Positions 1 through 10,430 of a DNA stretch of 64,000 nt are shown here, piece by piece. The notes beneath the pieces are model-generated. The model was not told where the DNA came from. It was given only the letters and a program-made list of their open reading frames with translations, and searched no databases. The translations under genes were made by a program, and so were the position numbers. The DNA comes from Hypanus sabinus (lineage: Eukaryota), in the NCBI RefSeq assembly GCF_030144855.1, contig NC_082712.1:12896001-12960000 (forward strand), written 5' to 3'. The first letter of the stretch is position 1. Each line of letters opens with the position of its first letter.

Positions 1-932
1 TATTTCAATGGAAAAATGGGAAAAAAATTTTACAAATGGTTAATTCTTCTTCTATATGTGCTAAACATGCTTTAATACAATTTAAAATTGTACATAGAGC
101 TCATATGTCTAAAGATAAGCTTGCTCGGTTTTATTCTCATATTAACCCTCAATGTGACAGATGTCATTCAGATGTGGCTTCATTGACCCACATGTTTTGG
201 TCATGTCCTACTTTACATAACTATTGGAAGGACATATTTGCTACCATTTCCTCAATTTGGAATATTGATTTACAACCTCATTTTATCACTGCAATTTTTG
301 GTATACCAAATGAAGATGATAGTCGATTCTCCCCTTCAATCAGACGAATGATTGCCTTTGTAACATTAATGGCCAGGAGATCTATATTACAAAATTGGAA
401 AGAAGTAAATCCTCCTACCACATTTCAGTGGTTCTCTCAAACTATTTCTTGTTTAAGTTTAGAGAAAATTATAAGTACTATTTTTGATTCATCAATTAAA
501 TTTGAAGAAACTTGGGGACCATTCATTCGACACTTTCATATGAATTAATTTGGCTTCTTCCGGACCTTTATTCTTATTATTCTTGTTCTGGTATGGAGTT
601 CCGGAGTTTTCTGACACTATCATATACATATAAACTATTATTATTGCCCATGTTAGTTTAGGTTTATTTTTTTTTCATTATTTTCTTAAATATACATTTT
701 TTCTTGTATTTTATACTTTTTTTTCTTTTGATGATTATTTTTAATCTTTTTCATGTATAATCAATGTAGATTAGATTGATTATTGTACGATCTTTTTTCG
801 CTGATAGTTTAATAAGATATTGTTATCTTGTTACTAATTTAATTTCAAATCTATTGTATTCATAACCTATTTAACATAATATTATGTTTTGTTTTTTTTA
901 TAAAAAATAATAAAAAGATTGAAAAAGAAAGA
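1..932 (+). mobile_element. L1/Tx1-like LINE 3' end (ORF2 C-terminal zinc-binding region, 3' UTR, A-rich tail)
   Basis: ORF 36-548 contains QCDRCHSDVASLTHMFWSCP (CCHC-type RT-associated motif). An AT-rich UTR and an aataaaaagattgaaaaagaaaga tail follow. A second copy lies at about 17.0-18.0 kb. Confidence 0.85.
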
Positions 933-1039
933 GGTAATCTCTCTAGAGTAGGTTACATGGTCAGTACAGCATTGTGGGCTGAATGGCCTGGAATGTGCTG
1001 TAGATTTCTGTTTCTATATTCTCTGTAAGAGAGGATCAC

Positions 1040-1281
1040 TGATCCTCCAGGTTCGGGGGTTCAGCTCAGGGTAACAACCCTGACGGGTAAAACAATGTTG
1101 TTATGGAAACAGCAATGGAGAATCCTTCGACATCTGAGTGTGACGGTATTCCTGAGTCCCACTCGGGAATTGTATGACTGACAGCAGTGAAAACCGAGAG
1201 GAAGCTACTGACACGATGAAGGAAGCCCTGAATGCTGCCAGAGATGGAGGCCCTTCATTGCTGACTGAAATGGCAGCAGCG
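1040..1281 (+). mobile_element. Probable RTE-like LINE 5' fragment, truncated by assembly gap
   Basis: The gggtaacaaccctgacgggtaaaac motif and following sequence resemble RTE 5' regions from recall only. Confidence 0.35.
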
Positions 1282-1411
1282 NNNNNNNNNNNNNNNNNNN
1301 NNNNNNNNNNNNNNNNNNNNNNNNNNNNNNNNNNNNNNNNNNNNNNNNNNNNNNNNNNNNNNNNNNNNNNNNNNNNNNNNNNNNNNNNNNNNNNNNNNNN
1401 NNNNNNNNNNN
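1282..1411. other. Assembly gap (130 N)
   Basis: Run of N. Confidence 1.
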
Positions 1412-1705
1412 GGGGTGGGGAGAGACTCTTAGAGACACGGATGTTATAGAAATGGCGGGGTATGTGGGAGGCAGGGGGTGAGATTGATCTTGGAGCAGGT
1501 TTAAGGGTCAGCACAACATTGTGGGCTGAAGGGCCTGTACGGTGCTGTTGTTCTATGTGCTAGTGCACATGACAATCACATCTATTTGACATGATCATCC
1601 TGCAAAATATACTTGTACATTATGAATAAAATGAGTTTTCAGTGAGATAAAATGTGAAATGATTAGTGTAGTTTTACAACTCAATGCTTAAACATCGGTC
1701 CTCAC

Positions 1706-2089
1706 CTCTCACAGACAGATCTGTTAGAACCACCGTTTGAAAGCTGTTAACATTGAGCTCCACCCGGCACCGATACCGACCACCGTCACTCCGGTTCAGA
1801 GGCTCCACCATTATCGAGGCATCTCTCCGACTGAGGTTCCCCACGAATCCGAACCGCCCTCCTCCAGCCTCCTGTATCGTTGTATCGCACCCGGAGGGGC
1901 CGGAACCGGGATGTGTGCACTTAAACACCAGATTACCTGCACTTTGTTCCCCCTTGTACCAGATCACGGAGCCGTTCAGGGCGACATCAGGAGGTGGGTG
2001 GGTGAAAGTACACGGTAACACGGCGGAGGCTCCTTCCACCGCAGAGACCACATCAGCGCCGGACATTGTCCAACCATTCATCGAATAGT
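1706..2089 (-). CDS. SIGLEC15: Siglec-15-like Ig V-set exon (384 nt, phase 1-1)
   Basis: Acceptor tctgtccccAG at 2091-2090 and donor G|GTGAG at 1705. Translation ...VLPCTFTHP...VIWYKGEQSAGNLVFKCTHPGSGPSGCDTT...GRFGFVGNLSRRDASIMVEPLNRSDGGRYRCRVEL... follows the Siglec-15 pattern LPCTFTHP / W..GE..AG..VF.C / C.T / GRF..GN..R.D.S..VE.L...D..RY.CRVE. Orthology versus paralogy is untested. Confidence 0.85.
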
Positions 2090-2097
2090 CTGGGGAC

Positions 2098-2286
2098 AGA
2101 GAGATAGTGAGAGTGTATGTGAGTGAGTGAATGAGAGAGTCAGAGAGAGAGATAGTGAATGAGTGTGAGAGAGTGAATGAGAGAGAGTGAGATAGAGAGA
2201 AACAGTGAAAGAGAGAGGAGGGAGAGAGAGAGGCAGTGATAGAGAGAGTGAGTGAGAAATTGAGTGAGAGAGAGAGAGATAGAGAA
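2098..2286. repeat. GA/GT-rich microsatellite forming the pyrimidine tract of the V-exon acceptor on the minus strand
   Basis: Imperfect (GA)n/(GT)n run. Confidence 0.9.
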
Positions 2287-2294
2287 CGATATTT

Positions 2295-3450
2295 GAACAA
2301 CAATCTGCTGAAGGAATTCAGCCGGTCGAGCTGCATCTGTGGGTGTGAAAAGACGTTGAAGTCTTGGTTTGCATCGGGACTGTTAGAGGAATGTCGAATG
2401 GCCAGAGGGAAAGGGGAAGTGAAACTGGAATCTGAGGTGATTGATGGACAGAGGAGGGGTGAGAGAGGAGTCAGAGGTGATAGAGGAGGGGTGGGACAGG
2501 ATACTGAGGTGATTGATAGATTGAGGAGGGTGGGACAGGAGTATCAGGTGATTGAGGATTGAGGTGGGGTGAGACGGGTCTGAGGTGATTGAGGTGGGGT
2601 GTGAGGTTAAGGGCAGGTTGTGCTGGGTAGGGAGGGGAAGGGGGATGGGAGATGTGGTAAGTGGTGACAGATGGAGAAGAGGGAAGGAAAGGAGATTCAG
2701 ATGGAGAGAGGTGATTGTAATCAGTTGTTTGAGGGAGGACCACCAAGGACTCACTCTCCAGCCTGATACTCTGAGATGAGAATGGGACCCACTGGGGGAG
2801 ATGCGTCTGGCAGGTGGAACCGGGTCAAGCGTGGGGAAGGTGGGGAAAGTGGGTGAAAAATCTGGGAAACAGACATGGAGATTCACAAACCTGCCTGTCC
2901 AGGCAGACCCATTGTCTCTGCTTGCTCCTGCCCCACTGAACTCATTTCTGCCTATCTCGACTCTGTTTTATCTCCCCTTGTTCAAACCCTTCCCACCTAT
3001 GTCCGTGATTCTTCCCATGCTTTACATCTCTTCAAAGATTTCAAGTTTCCTGGCCCCCACCACCTCATTTTCAACATGGACGTCCAGTCCCTATATACCT
3101 CTATCCCCCACCAGGAAGGTCTCCGAGCTCTCCGTTTCTTCCTGGATTCCAGACCCAGTCAGTCACCCTCTACCACCACTCTTCTCCGCCTTGCGGAATT
3201 AGTCGTCACGCTTAACAATTTCTCCTTGGCTCCTCCCACTTCCCCCAAACTAAAGGTGTAGCCATGGGCACCCGCATGGGTCCTAGCTATGCCTGCCTTT
3301 TTGTCGGCCATGTGGAGCAATCTATGTTCCAAGCCTACACCGGTATCTGTCCTCCTCTTTTCTTACGTTATATCGACGACTGCATCGGCGCTGCTTCCTG
3401 CACACATGCTGAGCTCGTCGACTTCATTAACTTCACCTCCAACTTTACAA
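2295..3450 (+). mobile_element. Penelope-like element: RT fragment (about 2870-3450, +) preceded by an inverted tail/pseudo-LTR segment (about 2295-2870, -)
   Basis: IHKPACPGRPIVS, DVQSLYTSIP, AMGTRMGPSYACLF and RYIDD are PLE RT motifs, with a frameshift near 3230. The upstream purine-rich block is the reverse complement of the PLE 3' tail type seen elsewhere in the window. Confidence 0.8.
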
Positions 3451-4009
3451 TAAATATATATAAAAGTTCAATTTGATAAGCAGTGCAAAGGTTTTGCTGT
3501 TGTCCGGGTGAGCCAAGGCCACGTGAGAAGCCAGTGAGATTGCATCTACTGTAGACCTGTTGTGGTGACGGGCAAATTGTCATGGGCCCAGGCTCTTCCT
3601 GAGGCAGGAGTGGATTCCAGCCAAGACCAACCTCTCAAGGCATTTCATGGCAGTAGATGTGAGTGCCACTGGGTGATGGTCGTTAAGGCAGCTCACCCTG
3701 CTCTGCCTGGGCACCGACCGGTCTGATGTTACCCTTTTGAAGCAGGTGGGGCCTCTGACTGCAGCAGTGAGGGATTGAAGATATCCTTCATCTTTCCCAA
3801 CAGTTGATTGACACAGGCTTTCAGCGATCTTCCAGATACACCAGCAGGGCCTGACAACTAAATGATCAGTAATGGATAGCCAGGACTGGGAACAGGCTGT
3901 GATCCATAGGAGGGTCCAGGCTGGGGGGTTTATATGTGCAATAATGGATACTCAGGAGTGGGCTACACGCTGCGGTTGGTGCTGTAGAGACCGGAGTGGG
4001 GGTTACGTC

Positions 4010-4590
4010 AGAATCAGAATCAGATTTAATATAGAAACAGTAGAATAGACAACGAGATTGCATCACTGTCGTATGTCATGAAATTTGTTGTTTTGCGGCA
4101 GCAGTTCAAGGCAATGTATAATAATAAAATCTATAAATTGCATATAAAATAAGGAAAGGAAATAAACAAGTTGGGCAAACAGAGTGGAAAAATACTGAGG
4201 AAGAGCTCATGGATTCATTGACAATTCAGAAATCTGATGGCGGAGGGGAAGAAGCTGTTCCTGAGTCGGTGAGTGTGTGTCTTCAGACTCCTGTTCCTCC
4301 TCCCTGATGGTGGCAATGAGAAGAGGGCATGTCCTGGGTGCTGGGTCCCTAATGATGGATGCCGCCTTTTTGAGGCGTCGCATTTTGAAGGTGTCCTGGG
4401 TGCTGGGGACACCAGTGCTCACGATGGAGCTGACTGAGTTTGTAACTTTCTGCTGGTCTTTCTGATCCTGAGCAGTGGCCCCACCAGACCAGACGGTGAT
4501 GCAGCCAGTTAGAACGCTCCCCAGGTATCTCTGTAGAAATTTGCCAGTGTCTCTGGTGACAAACCAGTTCACCTCAGACTCTTATTGAAA
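4010..4590 (-). mobile_element. Rex1/Babar-type LINE 3' fragment
   Basis: PGHALFSLPPSGRRNRSLKTHTHRLRNSFFPSAIRFLN C-terminal motif; (tcagaa)n tail on the + strand. Confidence 0.75.
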
Positions 4591-4849
4591 TATAGAGCGT
4601 TACAGGCTGGGGTCAAGTCAGGGTTTCGGGGGTTTGTCATTGTCGTCTGTTCCCTGGGGCCGATGGCTTTTACAATCCTGCCACTTCATTTTCAGATGGG
4701 GAAGTGATTGGAGAATCGGGGGCACCGGTTACGGAGAGGAGAGCTCTTGGAATTAGCTCGGAGTGACGGAACAGTTGCAGCATTCAGGAGGACATTCAGC
4801 CCATTGAGTTCATACTGGCCCTGTGTAAGAACAACCCAGCCAGTCCCTC

Positions 4850-4990
4850 TCCCCTCACCACCAGATTCTGGCATCTTTCACCTTCCTTTCCAGTCCTGGT
4901 GAAGGATCCCAGGCCAAAATATTGACTGTTTATTCCCCTCCATAGAAGCTGCCTGAGCTGCTGAGATCCTCCAGCATTTTGTGTGTTACT
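4850..4990 (+). mobile_element. Penelope tail with degenerate hammerhead-like motif
   Basis: CAGTC-CTGGTGA-AGGATCCCAGGCC-AAAA-TATT-GACTG at 4891-4928, followed by ...ccagcattttgtgtgtt. Confidence 0.6.
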
Positions 4991-5139
4991 CACGTTGTGG
5001 TCGATCGTGATGTCAGAAGTTCATTTTTATTACCTGATAATGGGAAACAGAATGGCTCCGTGAACCTCAGGCACCTGGTGAGCCAGGGAGGGAACAACCG
5101 GGATTTCTCAGTAGCAGATGACCATAGATTTACTGTATT

Positions 5140-5720
5140 TAACACGAGAACATAGAACACAGAGCAGTAGAGCACAGGCACAGGCCCTTCGGCCCACAAT
5201 GTTGTGCTAAACCAATTAAATTAGTGACCTACTAAACTAACCCCTCTGCCTACACAATGTCCATTTCAATGTCCAATGTCTGTTCATGTGCTGATCAAGA
5301 TGTCTCTTAAAAGCCACTAATGTATCTGCCTGTAACACCTCCCCAGGCAGAGCATTCCAGTCACCCGGCACTGTCTGTGTAAAACATTTACCCCTCACAT
5401 CCCCTCTAAACCCCTTTCACCTTCAACGCAGGCCTTTGGTGTTAGACATTTCAACCCTGGGAGGAAGATACTCTCTGTCTGCTCTCTCTGTGCCTCTCAT
5501 AATCTTACAAACTCTATCAAATCTCCCCTCAGACTCCGTCGCTCCAGAGAAAACATATAGCACATGCCCTCTAATCCAGGCATCATCCTGGTGAACCTCG
5601 TCTGTACCCTCTCCAAAGCCTCAACATACCTCCTACAGTGGGGTGACCAGAACTGTACACAATACTCCAGATGTGGCCTAGCTAGAGTTTTATAAGGCTG
5701 TAACAAAACTTCATGACCTT
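5140..5720 (-). mobile_element. CR1 LINE 3' fragment
   Basis: RPHLEYCVQFWSPH...LERVQTRFTRM and an (agaacat)-type tail. Confidence 0.8.
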
Positions 5721-5814
5721 AGCCTGGGTGGAGGAGGGGAAAGGACACTGAGAATAAGAATCAAGAGGTTATAGTCATTGAGGGGGGATCTCTTTGCAAC
5801 CTGATAGGTAACCT

Positions 5815-5985
5815 GAATATTTATAGGCCTAGATAGAGTGGATGTGGAGAGGATCTTTCCTATAATCAGTTTGAATATTTATAGGCCGAGATAGAGTGGA
5901 TGTGGAGAGGATTGTTCCTATAGTCGGTTCGAATATTGATAGGCCTAGGTAGAATGGATTTGGAGAACATCTTTCCTATAGTCAT
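5815..5985 (+). repeat. Three tandem 58-bp copies of a CR1-derived segment
   Basis: gaatatt..taggcc.agatagagtggatgtggagagg starts at 5815, 5873 and 5931. Confidence 0.85.
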
Positions 5986-6354
5986 TTGGTGGAAGAACAT
6001 CTCAGATTCCATCGGAGGTGGGGGGGGGGGCCTCCATCCTGACAGCATCAGCATCGATTTCTCCAAGTTGTGGTAATTTCTCCTCCCTTCTCCCTTCTCT
6101 CTGATACGCCCTCCTTTTCTCCTTACCTGCCTATCACCTCCCTCTGATTCCCCTTCTCCATCCTTTCCTCCCATGGTCTACTCTCCATCCTATCAGATCC
6201 CTTCTTCTTCAGCACTTTACCTTTTCCACCTATCACCTCCTAGCTTCTTACTTCATTCCACTGCCCTACCCAGACACCCTCTCTCTCACCTGGTCTCTTC
6301 TCTCACCACCATCTTGTACTCCATCCCCTCCCCCCCACCTTTGAATATTGTCTT

Positions 6355-9300
6355 AGAACACAGAACATTGAAATTTACAGAACATTGCAGGTGCTTCGTA
6401 GCATAATGTTGTACCAACCATGGAAACCTGCTCTAAAAACGGCCTAGAATTTCCCCAGCGCATAGTCCTCTATTTTTCTAAGCTCCACGTACCTACCTAA
6501 GGGGCTCTTAAAAGACCCTATTGTACACTTTCATCACCGCCACTGACAGTGCATTCCACGCACTCACCACTCTCTGTATGAAAAACTTACTCCTGACATC
6601 ACCTCGGTACCTATTTCCAAGCACCTTCAAACTATTCCCCCTCATTTTAGCCATTTCAGCCCTGGGAAAAAGCCTCTGGGTATCAACATGATCAATGCCC
6701 CTCATCATCTTATATACCCCTATCAGGTCACCTCTCATCCTCCGTCACTCCAAGGAGAAAAGGCCAAGATCACTCAACCTATTCTCATAAGGTATGCTCC
6801 CCAATCCAGGCAACATCCTCGTAAATCTCCTCTTCACACTCTCTATAGTATCCACATTCTTCCTGTAGTGAAGTGACCAGAACTAAGCACAGTACTCCAA
6901 GTAGGGTCTGACCAGGGTCTTATATCGTTGTAACATTACCTCATGGCTCTTGAACTCAATCCGACAACTGATAAATGCCAACACACCATATACCTTCTTA
7001 ACAACACTGTCAACCTGTGCAGCAGCTTTGAGTGTCCTATGAACACAGACCCAATGATCTCTTTGATCCTCCACACTGCCAAGACTTAACATTAATACTA
7101 TATTCTGCCATCATATTTGACCTAGCAAAATGAACCACTTCACACTTATCCAGGTTGAAGTCCATATGCCACTTCTCAGCCCAGTTCTGCATCCTATCAA
7201 TTTCCCACTGTAGCCTCTGACAGCCCTCCACACTATCCAAAACACCTCCAATCTTTGTGTCATCAGCAAACTTTCTAACCCATCCTTCTACTTCTTCATC
7301 CAGGTCACTTAAAAATTACAAGGAGGACGGAAACCAGTACAGATCCTGGCGAAACTCCACAGTCCACCGACCTCCATGCAGAACATGGACCATCTACGTC
7401 ACCCTTTGCCTTCTGTGGTCAAGCCAATTCTGGATCCACAAATCAAGGTCTCCTTGGATCCCATGCCTCCTTACTTTCCGAAGGAGCCTTGCATGAGGAA
7501 CCTTATGGAATGCCCAAATGAAATCCATATTCACTACATCAGCTGATTTACCTTCATCCATGTGTTTTGTTACATCCTCAGGGACTTCAACCAGGCTCGT
7601 AAGGCACGACCTGCCCTTGACAAAGCCATGCTGATTATCCCTAATCAGATGATGTCTCTCCAAATACTCATAAATCCTGCCTTTCAGGATATTGTCCAGG
7701 AAATTGCCCACCACTGAAGTCAGACTCTCTGGTCCATACTTTCCTGGGTTATCTCTACTCCCTTTCTTGATCATGGGAACAACATTTGTAAACTTCCAAT
7801 ACTCTGGTACTTCTCCCATTCCTATCGATGATGCAACGATCATTGCAAGAGGCTCAGCAATCTCCTCCCTCACTTCCCACAGTAGCCTGGGGTATATCTC
7901 ATCCAGTCCCAGTGAACTATCTAACTTTATGCTTTTCGAAAGGTCTGGCACATTCTCTCTCCTTGCACACGTTTCCACCATCGCACCTAATGGGTCCTAT
8001 TCTCACATGGGTCATCCTCGTGCTCTTCACATACTTGTAGAATGTTTAGGGTTTTCCTTAATCCTGCTCACCAAGACCTTCTCATGGCCCCTTCTGGCTC
8101 TCCTAATTCCATTCTTAAGCTCCTTCCTAGCAACCTTGGAATTTTCTAGAGCTCTAACAGTACCTAGTTTCTTGAACCTTTCGTACGCTTTTCTTTTCTG
8201 CTTAACTAGATTTTCCACATCCTTTGTACACCATGGTTCTTTAACCCTACCAACCTTTCCCTGCCTCAATGGAACATACCTATGCAGAACTCCATGCAAA
8301 TCTTCCCTGAATATTTGACACATTTTGGCCGTGCATTTCATTGAGAACATCTCCTCCCAATTTATTCTCCTAAGTTCCTGTTTGTTACGTACCCATAATG
8401 GTTTAAATGAACCAGCAGCAATAGACCACGCCTGTAGTCTGGTTTTGATGTTGAAACCACTATCTTTATTAGTATCTACTTAACATAGCAGCGTAAACAA
8501 GAATAATCAAAAGTTAACAGTGTTATGAGTATCCATATGTGTAAATATAACTCCCAAACTACTGAGCTCGGGGGGCGGGGGGGCTCCAGGCTTAAAATCG
8601 TGAGATGGTGAGGTATGAAAGTTCAGTTCATCCTCAGATTAAATGATGTGAGAGAGAGATTTGTAATCCAAGGTGAATGTCGAGAGAGGGCATTTATGTC
8701 GTATTCCACAAGTTCCATGGTGGTAAAACAAGATAACAATTGCCATAAGATTTATCCATTGTTATTCCAAATCCTTTTACAGATTATCACCAATAGTAGC
8801 TTATCACAAGGATAAGGGAACTACAAAGGGAACTACCACCCAGGCAAGGGTTAACACATAGGTAGATTCCACAAGATTGCCCCCATTCACACAATGTGAC
8901 AGCCACTTATCAACGTGCTGGGTCAATGCACAACCCACCCTTGTGGGCACTCGGAAGTTCCAACCAGTGACCCCTTAGTCACTGGCTTCCTTCCCTTGTC
9001 CGACTCCAACTGCGACTGACTGTGTGTGAGTGAGTGTCCTTGCTTAAATCAAAACAAGCTGCAGAGTTGAATAGTTCCGCCCCTCTCTCTCTCTTAGTGA
9101 GAATCAAACAGGAGCTGAGAAAGCTGGTGGCTGACGTCACTCAGGCATTCTCTCTTAAAATGACAGTTCACGGCAAGATAGACCTAGGGGTTCATCACAC
9201 TCCCTAACAGCATCATATTTCCCCCGACCCCAATTACGTGTTTTCCCAAATTGTCCGCTCCTATCCCTCTCCAGAGCTATGGTGAAGAAGACAGAGTTGT

Positions 9301-10430
9301 GCTCATTACCTCCAAAATGTTCTCCCACAGAGAGATCTGACACATGACCAGGTTCATTTCCCAATACCAGATCGAGTACAGCCTCTCCTCTCGTTGGCTT
9401 ATCTACATATTGTGTCAGAAAGCCTTCCTGAACACACCTAACAAACTCCACCCCATTAAACCCCTCTCTCTAGGGAGATTCCAGTCAATAGTAGGACAGT
9501 TAAAATCACCAATCACAACAACCTTATTATTAGAATAATCTGTCTCCCTATCTGCTCCTCGGTATCCATGTTACTATTGCAGGGTCTATAAAAACACCCA
9601 GTAGAGTTATTACCCCTTTCTGTTTGTGACCTCCACCCACACTAACTCCGTAGACCATCCCTCCATGACTTCCTCCTTTTCTGCAGCCATGACACTATCC
9701 CTAATTAGCAATGTCATGCCCCCAGCTCTTTTGCCTCCCTCTCTGTTCTTTTAGAAACCTCTGAAGCCGGGTATAATCAGCAGCCATTCCTATTCCTGAG
9801 GCATCCAAGTCTCTGTAATGACCACAACGTCAATATATTGATCCACGCTCTAAGTTAATCGGTCTTGTTTATGATACTCCTTGCATGAAAATAGACACAT
9901 CTCAAACCAAAAGGCTGAGTGCAACTTCGCTCTAACATCTACCCATCCCTCCTCACAAACTCACTACTGTCTCTACTTGTGCTCCAACCTCCCCATCTTC
10001 TGCCTTTTCACTTCGGTTCCCACACCACTGCAAATCTCGTTTAAACCCTCCCCAAAAGCCTTAGCAAACTTCCCCGCAAGGATATTGGTCCCCCTCAGAT
10101 TCAAGTGCAACCCGTCCTCTTTGTACAGGTCATACCTGCCCCAGAACAGGTCCCAAGGATCCAAAAATCCTTCAGCCACACATTGATCCTCCATCTCATT
10201 CTATTCCTATACTCACTGTCGTGTGGCACAGGCAGCAATCCCGAGATTACTATCTTCGAGGTCCTGCTTCCCAGCTCCCTTCCGATCTCCCTGTATTCTG
10301 TCTTTAGGACCTCCACCCTTTTTCTGCCTTTGTCGTTGGTACCAATATGTACCACAACCTCTGGCTGCTCACCCTCCCATTTCAGGATATTGTGGACTGC
10401 CCCCGTCCTTTCCAGCCCAAATCGATGACA
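6355..10430 (-). mobile_element. Near full-length degraded CR1 LINE (ORF1 SGNH-esterase remnant plus ORF2 EN-RT), interrupted by a solo LTR
   Basis: VVVHIGTND...IVISGLLPVP (ORF1), GFLTQYVDKPTRGEAVLDLVLGN (EN), QHGFVKGRSCLT and DFIWAFHKVPH (RT); many frameshifts. Confidence 0.85.
8383..9199 (-). mobile_element. Solo LTR inserted in CR1
   Basis: Begins TGTTAC and ends CATCACA, with CR1 sequence resuming on both sides. Flanks ctgtt and ctccc could both derive from a 5-bp ctgcc TSD. Contains a minus-strand AATAAA and a TGACGTCA. Confidence 0.6.

Noticed and set aside
1674-2336. Full 220-aa ORF as a single-exon gene
   Set aside because: The N-terminal part translates the GA/GT microsatellite; splice sites delimit the real exon at 1706-2089.
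5035-5075. 41-nt mini-exon candidate between leader and V exon
   Set aside because: Not frame-preserving; creates a TGA when joined to the leader.
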